Part shown: positions 1 through 13,867 of the stretch, piece by piece | Position numbering within the stretch: position 1 is the stretch's first letter | Layout: each line of letters opens with the position of its first letter | Assembly (NCBI GenBank): GCA_964016885.1 | Contig: OZ024762.1 | Coordinates: 7,006,001-7,070,000 of the forward strand | Origin: Eledone cirrhosa | Taxonomy: Eukaryota | Length of the DNA: 64,000 nt | Direction of reading: 5' to 3' | Notes under the pieces: model-generated | Databases searched by the model: none | Told to the model about the DNA's origin: nothing | What the model saw: only the letters and a program-made list of their open reading frames with translations | Position numbers and translations under genes: made by a program

Positions 1-270
1 ATATTATATATATATATACGTATATTGATATATTGAGCTCGACTCATGACACCCCAATTATATTTTCATGTAATAGTGTGTGTATGTGTGCATGTGTGTA
101 TATGTGTATGTGTGTATGTTTATATGTGTATGTGTGTGTGTGTGTGTATATGTGTATGTGTGTATGTTTATATGTGTGTGTGTGTGTATGTGTATGTGTG
201 TATGTGTATATGTGTATGTGTGTATGTGTGCATGTGTGTATATGTGTATGTGTGTATGTTTATATGTGTA

Positions 271-311
<41 letters not shown>

Positions 312-739
312 GTGTGTATATGTGTATGTGTGTATGTGTATATGTGTATGTGTATGTTTATGTGTGCGTGTGATGTCTTCGTAATAAACATAGCAATATG
401 AAGATTCGACATGAGAGAGGGGTGGAGGATAAGTAGAGGAGGAGACGGTATAGTGATGAGGGGGGGGGTAGATAGGTTAGAATGAGAGGAAGGGGAGTGA
501 TAGATATATAGATTAATGATAGAGAGAGAGAGAGAGAGAGAGTGTGTGTGTGTGTGAGGAGGCGAATGATAGAGAGTGTATATAAGGGAGAGTGTGATAA
601 GGTATGTGAGGGAGAGGGAGAGATAGATAGATAGAATGTGTGAGGGAGGAGAGATAGACAGAAAAGTAAAAGGTATGAAGAAAGAGGGACAAGGGAAAGA
701 AGAGAGAGAGGGAGAGCGAAGGATGACACAAGAGGGGGG

Positions 740-941
740 AGAGTGGGGTATAAAGGGAGAGAGGGGGTATAAGGGGGAGAGAGGGGTATAAAGGAGAGAG
801 GGGGTATAAGGGGGAGAGATGGATATAAGGGAGAGATAGAGAGGGGGAATAAGGGGAAGAGAGGGGTATAAGGGAGAGAGCGAGAAGTATAAACGACAGA
901 GAGAGCGAGAGATAGGTATAAGCGAGAGCAAGAGAGGTAGA

Positions 942-980
<39 letters not shown>

Positions 981-1580
981 TAAGCGAGAGACAGAGAAGT
1001 ATAAGGGAGGAAGAGAGAAGTATAAGCGACAGAGAGAGAGCGAGAGAGGTAGAAGTGAGAGAGAGAGAGAGAAGTATAAGCGAGAGAGAGAGAAGTATAA
1101 GGGAGGGAGAGAGAGGTATAAGCGAGAGAGAGAGAGGTAGCAGCGAAAGAGAGAGAAGTATAAGGGAGGAAGAGAGAAGTATAAGCGACAGAGAGAGAGC
1201 GAGAGTGGTAGAAGTGAGAGAGAGAGAGAGAAGTATAAGCGAGAGAGAGAGAAGTATAAGGGAGGAAGAGAGAAGTATAAGCGACAGAGAGAGAGCGAGA
1301 GAGGTAGAAGTGAGAGAGAGAGAGAGAAGTATAAGCGAGAGAGAGAGAAGTATAAGGGAGGGAGAGAGAGGTATAAGCGAGAGAGAGAGAGGTAGCAGCG
1401 AGAGAGAGAGAAGTATAAGGGAGGGAGAGAGAGGTATAAGCGAGAGAGAGAGAGGTAGCAGCGAGAGAGAGAGAAGTATAAGGGAGGGAGAGAGAGGTAT
1501 AAGCGAGAGAGAGAGAGGTAGCAGCGAGAGAGAGAGAAGTATAAGGGAGGGAGAGAGAGGTATAAGCGAGAGAGAGAGGG
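740..1580. repeat. Purine-rich minisatellite (GA-based, ~54-bp higher-order unit)
   Basis: Repeated AAGTATAAGGGAGGGAGAGAGAGGTATAAGCGAGAGAGAGAGAGGTAGCAGCG. Confidence 0.9.
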
Positions 1581-1706
1581 GAGGAAATGTGTTAAAATGA
1601 CTGTTATTGAAAGAATTCTGATTAAAAATAATAAAAAACCTAAAAACTTAAAACAAAGTAATGACATTTATGATGAGTTTTTACTTTCATCTCTTTACAG
1701 TGTAAC

Positions 1707-1709
1707 GTA

Positions 1710-1765
<56 letters not shown>

Positions 1766-2354
1766 CATGTACACATGCATACATGCACACATGCACACAT
1801 ATATATGTATCTATATATATATGTTTGTATATACACACTCATACACACACACACATATATATATACATACATGTACACATACATACATGCACACATACAC
1901 ACATGCCCACATATATATGTATGTACATATATATATATGTTTGTATGTACACACTCATACACACACACATATATATATATATACATACATCCTCACATAC
2001 ATACATGCATATGCACACATGCACACATACATACATGCACACATATATATGTATGTATTTATATATATATGTTTGTATGTACACACTCATACACACACAC
2101 ATATATATATATACATACATCCTCACATACATACATGCATATGCACACATACACACATACATACATGCACACATATATATGTATGTATTTATATATATAT
2201 GTTTGTATGTACACACTCATACACACACACACATATATATATATACATACATGCACACATACATACATGCATATGCACACATACACACATGCACACATGC
2301 ACACATATATATGTGTGTACATATATATATATATGTTTGTATGTACACACTCAT

Positions 2355-2397
<43 letters not shown>

Positions 2398-2635
2398 TAT
2401 ATATATATACATACATGCACACATACATACATGCACATGCACACATACACACATGCACACATGCACACATACAAACATGCACACATATATGTATGTATAT
2501 ATATATATATATGTTTGTATGTACACACTCATACACACACACACACATACATATACATACATACATACACATACGTATGTGTATGTATGTATATATTTAA
2601 GCATATGTGTTTGTATGTATGTACACACACACACG
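1707..2635. repeat. Compound (TA)/(CA)/(CATA) microsatellite with ~120-bp higher-order repeats
   Basis: Recurrent ATGTTTGTATGTACACACTCATACAC. A similar (TG/TA) tract lies at 76-372. Confidence 0.9.
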
Positions 2636-2799
2636 TTTGCTGAGGTTCTATCAAACAAGGTCACACAATTAAAAGGGTTCCTATTCAAATTGGAATCTCC
2701 CAACATAATTTCATATAAAAACCATATGTTAACCCCTTTTGATACCAACCCAACTAAAGAACACAACAGAGCCCCCCCCCCCCCCTCCATACACTTATA

Positions 2800-3403
2800 T
2801 GAATTGGCAGAATTGGTAGAGCGTCGGACGTTTTGCGGCATAGAGTTACAACCCTTGACATTCTGAGTTCACGTCGAGGTTAGCTTTGCCTTTCATCCTT
2901 ACGGGGTCGATAAAATAAAGTACCAGTAATGCACTGAGATCGATTTAATCGACTCCCCCCCCAAAAAAAAAAACCAAAAAAAAATTGCTGGCCTTGTGCC
3001 TAAATCAGAAACTATTATCATTATTATTAGGGCGGTAGATTGGCAGTATCGGTAGAGGGTCGGACGCCATGTTTGCAGCCCTTTACGGTGAGTTCAAATC
3101 CCGCCGAGGTTAACTTTGCATTGCATCGTTACGGGGTCGATAAAATATAGTACCAGTAATGTACTGGGGTCGATATAATCGACTTTCCCCTCCCCCAAAT
3201 TTGCTGGCTTATAGTAGAAACCGTTATTCTGAGAAGTGTCATAATAATTTTCTACGTTTTGGCACAAGGCCAGCAAAACCCCAGTACATTACTGGTACTT
3301 TATTTTATCGACCCCGTAAGGATGAAAGGCAAAGTTAACCTCGGCGGGATTTGAACTCAGAATGGCAAGGGCCGTAACTCTATGCGTCAAAGCATGGCGT
3401 CCG
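2800..3403. mobile_element. Cluster of three dominant-family SINEs (+,+,-)
   Basis: 2800-3017 (+), 3029-3225 (+), 3245-3403 (-). Confidence 0.85.
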
Positions 3404-3526
3404 AAATGTCATAATTGCTATTTCCAAGCAAAGTTCCAGCTGTCAACCAAAAGATTCAGTCAGTTCTTTATAGAGAAATCTACAGTTGAGTGTTGTTGTA
3501 ACATTTGGTACAATTATGGCTTTGTA

Positions 3527-3933
3527 CAGGGTGGTCCGAAATTCCTGTCACCCCCTACCAAAAAGTAATGAGAAACAGTTTATGTTCCCATCGCAGTATC
3601 GTCCTCTTCGGAGGGGCTGGTTTGCCGAATCTTGCAGTGAAGTCATGTCGTACATTCTCCACGATCACGTATCCATACACTCGCAAGCAGCCTCGCTTCC
3701 AAACTGTAGGAGCTCTGAAATCAAAAAAATTATATTATTATTCTTATATATTATAATTAATTGTTTCTACTGTTGGCACAAGGCCAGCAATTATCTCAGT
3801 GTATTACTGGTACTTTATTTTATCGACCCCGTAAGGGTGAAAGGCAAAGTTAACCTCGGCAGGATATGAACTCAGACCATAAAGGGCTGCAAATAATTAT
3901 AAATAATTATATATTATATATAAATTATATATA

Positions 3934-3992
<59 letters not shown>

Positions 3993-4185
3993 ATTATAAA
4001 TTATATATAAATAATTAAATGTTTCTACTTTAGGCACAAGGCCAGAATTAATGATATTATATATAAATAATTAAGGATATGATATATTATAATTAATGAT
4101 ATTATATATGATATTATTAAAACAAAAAATAATGAAAGTTAAAACATTATGTGACAAGGGGTGCCAAGACTTTCGGACCACCCTG
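3527..4185. mobile_element. Non-autonomous Tc1/mariner-type DNA transposon
   Basis: TA-CAGGGTGGTCCGAAA...TTTCGGACCACCCTG-TA terminal inverted repeats with TA target duplication; nested SINE at ~3760-3892. Confidence 0.8.
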
Positions 4186-5220
4186 TAGGTTGGACAATGT
4201 AGGGAGAGAACCCTCGCCCCGGGTGGTCAGTGTGATTGTCGATCTGTGGAGTTATTCAGTACACGGGGGTGTCAAATAAAGGGGTCATAACAGAGAAATG
4301 TGGAGGTACATAGAAATGGAAATAATAATGATTTCTAGTAGAGGCACTAGGCCAGCAATTTTTTTGGGGGGAGGGGAAAGTCGATTAAATCAACCCCAGT
4401 GCATTACTGGTATTTTATTTATCGACCCCGTAAGGATGAAAGGCAAAGCTAACCTCAGCGATATTTTAACCCAGAACGTAAAGGGCCGTAACTCTATGCC
4501 GTGTAGCATGTTGTCTGACGCTCTACCGATTCTGACAATCCACCAACTTCACAATAATCTAAACTATAATAAAGTAAGGAGTGCCTGACTGCGTCCAGAA
4601 TATATATTTTTTTATCCCGTTTGTAAAATAAGTTGGATTACTTTGTATAAATAATGAATGAATATTACATAATTTAGCTACTAAATTTCTTTATTCTTGA
4701 TTAAATATGAATAATTTTGTTGCTTATTTTAAGATTCACTTCTTTAAAATTTTCAAATGGCAACACTTCCGGTTAGCGATCGATTAAATAAACATTTATA
4801 TATTCCCGTCACTAATTTTCTCCTAATGCAGTTTATATATAATATCGTCTTTTTTTTAATGTATCATGGATTACTTTACTGATTACATAAGACAGTGTAA
4901 CACAGACTTCGTTCAATTTCTGTGTGTATTGTCACTTACGATTTTATTTGATGTATCTTATCTACATGTATATATACTTGCGTATGATATCAATATACAC
5001 ACTACACATGCTAGCAGAAAACCACCCGAAGAGTGGTTGTTCTGCTAGTAATTATAATAATTGTTTCTACTTTTGGCACCAGGCCAACAATAATCTCAGT
5101 GCATTACTGGTACTTTATTTTATCGACCCCGTAAGGATGAAAATAGCATTTTCTAGGGTTTTTATAAAAAATCTTCAGTAATCATCAACATTATTGTTGT
5201 TGTTGTTGTTGTTAGTAGGG

Positions 5221-5400
5221 CACCGACAGCAAATCAGAGACCCAAATGTCCGTCAGATAGCCCTGAGTAACCATCTAGCAACATGTGGTCAGAAAATATT
5301 TATAATATTTCCATTCTACAAACTACACAGCTCGAGTGAAATCAAGAGAAAAATTAAAGAAAAGAATTTTATTGATAAATTCCAACCCAAGCTAAATGAA
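5221..5400 (+). pseudogene. C-terminal fragment of a Penelope-type GIY-YIG endonuclease
   Basis: HRQQIRDPNVRQIALSNHLATCGQKIFIIFPFYKLHSSSEIKRKIKEKNFIDKFQPKLN fits the PLE endonuclease tail pattern H..(S)xH...R..E..FI...PxLN. The N-terminal GIY/YIG motifs are absent (5' truncated). Confidence 0.75.
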
Positions 5401-5875
5401 CAATAATAATTGTTTCTACTTTAGGCACAAGGCCAGCAATTACCCAGTGCATTACTGGTACTAATGCTTAGGGGTATTACTTCTACTATGACTACGCCTA
5501 CGACCATGTCGACTACCACCACTAACACTAACAACAACAACAACAACAATAATAATAATAAAAGTGATGTTGATGTTGATGATTACTGAAGATTTTTTTA
5601 TAAAACCCCTAGAAAATGCTATTTTCATCATTTCTAAAAATAGCAAAACAATTGATGCTTTGGATAGGGTCAAATAGAAGTCGTTAGACATGCTCAAGCA
5701 ACCGTGACGCCTAAACCAATCAGCTTTAGTAATCTAGTGAAACCACACACCGATTGGTCGAAATACAGTTTGCAAAACTTAGCATTGTGTAGCCCCTTTT
5801 TTCTGTATATAAGGCACAGAATTTAGCCATCTCATTACAGTTGAAAACTGCAAACTTGACTGTTACCACTGAATA

Positions 5876-5914
5876 TGAACCTGAAGATTGCGAAAGCATG
5901 AAAGTACTTGTTCA
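5876..5914 (+). ncRNA. Minimal type I hammerhead ribozyme
   Basis: TGAAC-CTGAAGA-T TGC GAAA GCA T-GAA-AGTACT-T-GTTCA: 5-bp stem I, intact core, GNRA-capped stem II, palindromic stem III, CUU site. Confidence 0.8.
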
Positions 5915-6188
5915 ATTAACACTTAACATTTAATATTCTACCATACTATTTCATTATAATATCATTATAATTTTAAAGGATTGTAAATAAAGCGAGTAAA
6001 TCAGACAAAGGAATTCCTTTTATTAATATAATCTTCTATACACAATCATACACACCCGTGTATATTTATTTATATATATATACATATATATATACGTATA
6101 TGTATATATATATATATATATGCATATATCTATGTATATATATATGCATATATCTATGTATATATATATACATATATATATGTATATA

Positions 6189-6222
<34 letters not shown>

Positions 6223-6467
6223 CACATATATAAATACATATATATATATACACATATATAAATACATATATATATATGTATACATACACACACACACACG
6301 TGTGTCTGTTTGTGTGTAAATACAGGTTTTCGTTTTCATAAAATATTTAGTGTGCAAGTAATTGGCATTTAACTGAGTAATTACTTCTGTGCAGTTTACT
6401 GTGCAATTAAATGTGCAGTTTATGGAGTAATTAGCTTGGAATGGTAAAAGTTTTTAATCTTTTGAAA

Positions 6468-7276
6468 CAACCACAACTACCAACAACAGCACCACCACTA
6501 CCAACACAACACCACCACCACTACCAACACAACACCACCACCACTACCAACACAACACCACCACCCACTACCAACACAACACCACCACCACTACCAACAC
6601 AACACCACCACCACTACCAACACAACACCACCACCACTACCAACACAACACCACCACCACTACCAACACAACACCACCACCACTACCAACACAACACCAC
6701 CACCACTACCAACACAACACCACCACCCACTACCAACACAACACCACCACCACTACCAACACAACACCACCACCACTACTAACACAACACCACCACCACT
6801 ACCAACACAACACCACCACCCACTACCAACACAACACCACCACCACCAACACAACGCCACCACCACCACCAACACAACACCACTGCCACCACCAACACAA
6901 CACCAGCGCCACCACCAACACAACACCACCGCCACCACCACCAACACAACACCACCGCCACCACCACCAACACAACACCACCACCAACAACACACCACCA
7001 CCACTAACAACAACACTACAAACAACACCAATAACACCACCACCACCACCACCACTAACAACAACTACAACACCAATATCACCACCACCACCACCACTAA
7101 CAACAATTACAACACCACCACCACCACCACCATCACCACCACAACCACTAACAACTACAACACCACCACCACCACCACCACCACCACAACCACTAACAAC
7201 TACAAGACCACCACCAACAACAACAACTACAACACCAATAACACAACCACCACCACCACTAACAACAACAACAACA
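6468..7276. repeat. (ACC/AAC)n-derived minisatellite, 25-bp unit
   Basis: CCACTACCAACACAACACCACCA repeated. Confidence 0.9.
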
Positions 7277-7447
7277 GCTACGAGTTAAGAAACTGAGCAT
7301 TCACCATCTTTTAATGTTGTGTGAGGTGTTTTATTTCATTTTCAAAACTAGAGAGCGGTTATTTGGCAGAAGTTCAATAATGTTTTGGCATTAATTTGTC
7401 TAGAACATTCTAACCCTGGCTTTCTAGATTGTTCTATAATTTGTTGT

Positions 7448-7510
<63 letters not shown>

Positions 7511-7569
7511 TTGAAAATGAACATACAAAACACGAGAGGCAATTTTACAGTTGTATAATATATATATAT

Positions 7570-8440
7570 GTGTGTGTGTGTATGGATGTCTCTGAGTATA
7601 TGTGTGTATCTGTGTGTGTGTATGGATGTCTCTGAGTATATGTGTGTATCTGTGTGTGTGTATGGATGTCTCTGAGTATATGTGTGTATCTGTGTGTGTG
7701 TATGGATGTCTCTGAGTATATGTGTGTATCTGTGTGTGTGTATGGATGTCTCTGAGTATATGTGTGTATCTGTGTGTGTGTGTATGGATATCTCTGAGTA
7801 TATGTGTGTATCTGTGTGTGTGTATGGATGTCTCTGAGTATATGTGTGTATCTGTGTGTGTGGATGTCTCTGAGTATATGTGTGTATCTGTGTGTGTGTA
7901 TGGATGTCTCTGAGTATATGTGTGTATCTGTGTGTGTGTATGGATGTCTCTGAGTATATGTGTGTATCTGTGTGTGTGGATGTCTCTGAGTATATGTGTG
8001 TATCTGTGTGTGTGTATGGATGTCTCTGAGTATATATGTGTATCTGTGTGTGTGGATGTCTCTGAGTATATGTGTGTATCTGTGTGTGTGTATGGATGTC
8101 TCTGAGTATATGTGTGTATCTGTGTGTGTGTGTGTATGGATATCCCTGAGTATATGTGTGTATCTGTGTGTGTGTATGGATGTCTCTGAGTATATGTGTG
8201 TATCTGTGTGTGTGGATGTCTCTGAGTATATGTGTGTATCTGTGTGTGTGTATGGATGTCTCTGAGTATATGTGTGTATCTGTGTGTGTGTATGGATGTC
8301 TCTGAGTATATGTGTGTATCTGTGTGTGTGTGTGTATGGATGTCTCTGAGTATATGTGTGTATCTGTGTGTGTGTGTATGGATGTCTCTGAGTATATGTG
8401 TGTATCTGTGTGTATATATGGATGTGTCTGAGTATATGTA
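7570..8440. repeat. ~40-bp minisatellite, ~21 copies
   Basis: TATGGATGTCTCTGAGTATATGTGTGTATCTGTGTGTGTG; only the TG number varies. Confidence 0.95.
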
Positions 8441-8879
8441 TGTGTGTGTGTATATATGTATGTATCTAGAACTTCCATCGATTCCTACATGTGCTCCAGT
8501 TGCTCCAACAGGTTGGTGTTGAAGTTAACCTGCATGTGGCTGAGCATTCTATTGACACGTGGACCCCTTAACGTGGTTTTCAGCTAGATTCAGGCTTACC
8601 CTTTCAAGTACAGGTACAGTCCATCTGATGGCCTTCTCAATAGTTTCAACATAACCCCACATAACCCCACATAACCCCACAGCTCAGTAATACTTTGGCA
8701 GGGCCCGACTTTCACATTTTAAAGCCCTTCTCTAAAAAATTCGTGTTTTAAAATGTTTATTAATTGTACATGATTATTATTATCCATATTGATGTTAATA
8801 AACTATCTATCTATCTCTCTATATCAGCCTGTAGGTTGAGGAAAAGGAGGAGGAGAGGAAAGGAGTACAAACTCTTCCT

Positions 8880-9220
8880 ACTCCTGGAGATGAGGGTTGC
8901 GCATTTTTTCGGGAGTATGTGTTACCCATATGAACTGTCTCCCCCTATTGGGGAAAATCGACTAATTTTTTAAATTGCATTTGTGATAACATTTTACACG
9001 TTTTTATTGTATGTAAACTTCCCCCTTTGTATTTGTCCCCTTCTTTTGTGCCCCTGTGGCTAATAAAGAAACATATCTATCTATCTATTGGGGATTTCAA
9101 TTGTTGTAATTGTTTGTTTTTATATTTTTTACACGACTGTATGTAAAATCCCCGGCATGTCTTTGTATTGTCCCCTTTTCTTGTGCGCCCTTGTGGCTAA
9201 TAAAGAAATATATCTATCTA
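8880..9220 (+). mobile_element. L1/Tx1-like LINE 3' UTR (two tandem 3' tips); near-identical reverse copy at 55963-56153
   Basis: Ends CCCTGTGGCTAATAAAGAAA followed by (TATC)n. 8886-9070 matches the reverse complement of 55963-56153. Clade assignment is tentative. Confidence 0.5.
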
Positions 9221-9382
9221 TTATAAGAACAGATTAAAGTTTAAGCAAAGAGTCGCTGCTTTCACCCTTACGGGGTCGATAAAAGTACCAGTAATACACT
9301 GGGATAATTGCTGGCCTTGTGCCAAAAGTAGAAAGAATTATTTCAACAACATGACTCTCCCCAAATATAACAATATATAAAG

Positions 9383-9446
<64 letters not shown>

Positions 9447-10337
9447 TATTTTTAGAAAGTATGAGCAACTTAAACTTGGCGATACAAAGATGATCATGAA
9501 AAAAGATATTATAGAGCTATAGTATAACTGGGATATTAAGTTAAGCACACACACACACATACACACACACACATACACACATACACATACTGACGCATAC
9601 ACACACACACATACACATACTGACGCATACACACACACATACACATACTGACGCATACACACACACACACACACACATACTGACACACACACATACAGAC
9701 ACACACACACACTCACACATACAGCCATGTATATATACACACATACAGACACACACACACACACATACAGACACACGCACACACACACACACACACACAC
9801 TCACACATACAGCCATGTATATATACACACACATACAGACACACACACACACACATACAGACACACACACACACTCACACATACAGCCATGTATATATAC
9901 ACACACATACAGACACACATATACATGCTATCATATTTATATATACAGGCACACACATATATATGCACATATATATGTATACACACACATATATATATAC
10001 ATACACGTACACACACATAGTAAAGATAGAGAGGGGGATGAGGTAGATAGTAAAGATAGAGAGGGGGGATGAGGTAGATAGTAGAGATAGAGAGGGGGGA
10101 TGAGGTAGATAGTAGAGATAGAGAGAGAGGGGGTTGAGGTAGAGATAGAGAGAGAGGGGTGTGTGAGATAGATAGATAGTAGAGAGGGAGAAGAAAGAGA
10201 GAGAGATGTGTGGTCCTACACTAAATATTGTAGAACGTAGTTTTACTTATAATACTACAATTGAGAGGGGGGGGGGTAGGGAAGAGGAAGTTAGATAATA
10301 GACTGTGGAGAGAGAGAGGGAGAGATAATAGACCGTG

Positions 10338-10380
<43 letters not shown>

Positions 10381-10786
10381 GTGGTAAGATACCAGATAGA
10401 CCATAACGACCCAGAGTATTCGATACTTTGGGTAGTAGAGTGGGTAATAGGAAACGAGTCAGAGCCCTGGCGGCTGATCCCCGGCCGTTTCGACAGCTAG
10501 ATCCGAACTAAGATCTCCTCGGATCTAGCTGTCGAAAGTGCTGGAGCTCAGCCGTCAGGGTCCTGACTCTTTTCCTATATATATATAAATTACACAATTA
10601 TCAAAGTTATGTTCAAATCATTTAATTGCTGACAATCGTTTCTTCCAATCGTTTCTTCCAAACTTCCTGCTCTGTAAAACGCCTGATATTCTTACATTGA
10701 GCTATTTCTCTTACTGGTAATAAGGTAGTAGAAATTGCTGACCTTTCCTGTTTATAGTTATTTATAGTATATACATAACTAGAAAT

Positions 10787-10852
<66 letters not shown>

Positions 10853-11004
10853 GGAAAAATTTGAACAGGGACAGAACAGAGAGGCAGTACAACGAATGTT
10901 TATTAATTTCACGCTCTGGAGAGTGGGGTGTTGGTGGAGGACACAAAAAATCATAAATCATATATATATATATATATCATATATATATATATATATATAT
11001 ATAT

Positions 11005-11196
11005 AACGAAGGAAGTGTGGTAAGGAACCAGGTGGACCATAACGCACCAGAGTACTCGATACTTTGGGTAGTAGAGTGGGTAATAGGAAAAAGGTTCAGG
11101 ACCCCGACGGCAGAGCTCAAGCCGTTTCGACGGCTATTTCGGTCCAGAAATAGCCGTCGCAACAGCTTGAGCTGCTATCGGGGTCTTGACTATTTT

Positions 11197-11200
<4 letters not shown>
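11005..11200 (-). mobile_element. Fold-back element, family E (other copies 10378-10577, 14951-15157, 27366-27564, 30326-30513, 39583-39776; fragments 15182-15245, 22742-22805)
   Basis: Multi-copy ~200-bp element with ~55-bp inverted arms, always beside (TA)n or (GA)n. Arms carry the HHR 3' half GTC-GAA-ACGGC..GAGCTC..GCCGT-C-GGGGT. Confidence 0.85.
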
Positions 11201-11237
<37 letters not shown>

Positions 11238-11482
11238 CTGATATTGGAGAGAGAGGTGAATTGATATTATCAGTTCCCTTATCTGTCCCCCACAGGTTCC
11301 CCATAGAACCAGGGGGTGGGGTAGGGGAGGGGATAAACTAATGTCCGGAAGTCAATCTGAAGAGACCGGACTGATGCTATGGAACCAACACACTGCATAG
11401 TCATCAAAACTGTTGAAACAATTCAAATGGAAAATGTCCGAATAGATTGATGTAAAAACCCATTATATATACTTATTCTTCA

Positions 11483-11958
11483 CATATGTACGTATGTATG
11501 TATGTATGCATGTATGTACGTATGCATGTACGTATGTATGTGTGTGTGTATGTATGTACGTACGTTTGTATGTATGTATGTATGCATGTATGTATGTATG
11601 TATGAATGTATGAATGTACGTATATATGTATGTACGTATGTACGTATGAATATACGTATGTATGTATGTACGTATGTATGTACGTACGTATGTATGTACG
11701 TATGGACGTATGTATATACGTATGTATGTATGTACGTATGTACGTATGAATGTACGTATGTACGTATGTACGTATGAATGTACGTACGTATGAATGTACG
11801 TATGTACGTATGAATGTACGTATGTATGAATGTATGTATGTACGTATGAATGTACGTACGTATGTATGTACGTATGTATGTACGTATGTATGTATGTACG
11901 TATGTATGTACGTATGGACGTATGTATATACGTATGTATATACGTATGTATGTACATA
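11483..11958. repeat. (GTAT/GTAC/GAAT)n tetranucleotide array
   Basis: Direct inspection. Confidence 0.95.
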
Positions 11959-12118
11959 TGTTTTGGTTGCCAACTCTGTGCAAGATATTTTAGATGATTG
12001 GCTGAGCTAAAAAGCCACATTCGATCGCAGCACCGTTAATTGTTATTATATATGTATGTGTGTGTGTAGGTATGTATGTGTGTGTATGTATATGTATGTA
12101 AATATATGTATACATGTA

Positions 12119-12149
<31 letters not shown>

Positions 12150-12549
12150 TTATTTATTTTTAATTCTATTATTTTTTGTATTATGTGTGTGTGTGTATGT
12201 GCGTGTGTGCATGTATGTATGTGTGAGGAGTATGTGAGTTATTGAAGGCGAGAAGTGAGAAGAACACACGTCTTTTATTGGCAACACATGATGATCCTGA
12301 TAACATTTCCAATCAATTTATCATCGTTTCACTACCGAACATTTAAACAGAAAACAATATAAAAGCGGAAGATTAATCTCAGCGTCCTATTTCTATATAT
12401 TTTATCTATTTGTTGGCTCTCCTCTAGCGTACTAACTACATTACATGACAGCTTCTGCCTTATAGATTTATTTGACATTTCACAAACAACCAGGGAAAAT
12501 TATATCGCTGTCATTGAACTTACATACGATAAGAACCAAATAGAATGGA

Positions 12550-13085
12550 ACTGATGGTCAGATCGAACCAAAGAAACAATGTTTTTTTTCTTCTTTCCGT
12601 TGCCGATACTATCTGTTGATTACAACTCTTGGCAGATGAAAGCAGCTCAATGAAACAATGTTTCCATTAGTCTTTCCATCGCTGATTCTAACTGTTGACC
12701 ACAACGCCTGCCAGATGAAAGATGGTCGTCAGATTTGACCAACGAAACAATGTTTCCATTGGTCTTTCCATCGCTGATGTTATCTGTTGGTCGCAACTCC
12801 TGACAGAAAACAGAAGCTGATCATCAAATTCCATCAAGTAAACAATGTTTCTATTGATCTTTTCATTGCTGATATATCTGTCGGTCACATCTGACAAGAA
12901 AGTAGACGTTCGTCAGATCGAACCAAAGAAACAATATTTCCATTGATCTTTTCATTGCAGATTCTATCTGCTAGTCACAACTCCTGGCAAAAGAAAGGAG
13001 TTGATTGTCAGATTGGATCAAGGAAACAATGTTTCCATCGGTCTTTTCATTACTGATATTATCTGTCAGTTGCAACTCCTGGCAG
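12550..13085. repeat. Degenerate ~95-bp tandem repeat (~6 units)
   Basis: Recurrent GAAACAATGTTTCCATTG...TATCTG...CACAACTCCTGGCAG; single reverse unit at ~58333-58410. Confidence 0.8.
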
Positions 13086-13867
13086 AAATAATAACCAAAT
13101 TTTCCTATAAACAGATTTCACTGAAAACAATATTTAGAAAAACGGACATTTTAGATGATATAGCCGTACATACAGGATCGGTTCTTGGGCATTTAGTGCC
13201 ATGAACTAGCTCTGCAATGTGTATCTGGATATTTAGTGCCCCAGGCTAGCCCTACAATGTGTACCAGGGTATTTAGTTCCCTAAGCTAGCCCTTCAATGT
13301 GTGCCTTGGTATTTAGTGTCTTAGACAAGCTCTAAAATGTGAGCCCTATTCTTCCAAATAAAATCATTTCAACTTATTCTTTAGCAAGCTGACAAACCTA
13401 GTATTTAGCTCTTCCTTCTCTCCCCACAGTAAGAGAATCACTAAGTCATCATTTTCCACTACATAGTCCACACTCACCCATGCTAAATAATGTAATAAGC
13501 CATAACACATCACATTGAATATTTCTACCATGTTGCTACGCGGCAAAGATACTCAGGGGTTGGTTTATGGATCGCAGGAAATTATTATCTATTTTATTTA
13601 ATCATTCAAATTTGTACCAAACCGATCCTTTAAGTTTCAGTAATATGGTAGCTATACCGAATTCCACCGTGAGGTGGCGTGGCTGTTGCAGTGAGTGTCT
13701 CGGGCTATTCTCTGCGGTAACGCTTTTGCTGTTTTGTTCGCGGGGATTGGCCGTTCCACCATTCAGACTGGGTATAGTGACTCTCCTTCTCCCTCTCCCT
13801 TCTTCATCCTTCTTCCCTCATTACATTCTTGAAGCAATAATTGTTTTGCTTTTAATGTATTTTGATA

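Larger units (their letters stand above)
5136..6025 (+). mobile_element. Penelope-like element (PLE) remnant: inverted 5' segment, GIY-YIG C-terminus, pseudo-LTR with hammerhead
   Basis: 5136-5217 is the reverse complement of ~5527-5629. 5221-5400 encodes a GIY-YIG-like C-terminus. Downstream are TATATAAGG (~5806), an HHR (5876-5914) and AATAAA (~5986). A SINE fragment interrupts at ~5408-5462. Confidence 0.75.

Noticed and set aside
33-2866. Long ORFs rich in Y/I/C/V/M/H/T or E/R/S/L here and across the window (e.g. 24571-25357, 33819-34580, 45836-46764, 62954-63865)
   Set aside because: They are translations of (TA)n, (CA)n and (GA)n tracts that lack stop codons, open in several frames and on both strands.
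7570-8440. CRISPR-like regular repeats (also 18875-19218 and 57622-57902)
   Set aside because: There are no unique spacers and no cas genes, and the context is eukaryotic. These are ordinary minisatellites.
10595-10770. Possible second GIY-YIG tail on the - strand (IRRFTEQEVWKKRL...)
   Set aside because: The similarity is too weak and is disrupted by a 13-bp duplication. It cannot be supported without a profile search.
11005-11200. Interpreting the fold-back elements as MITEs
   Set aside because: The arms are asymmetric and centred internally, centres vary by copy, there are no transposase-type termini, and the arms carry HHR motifs.
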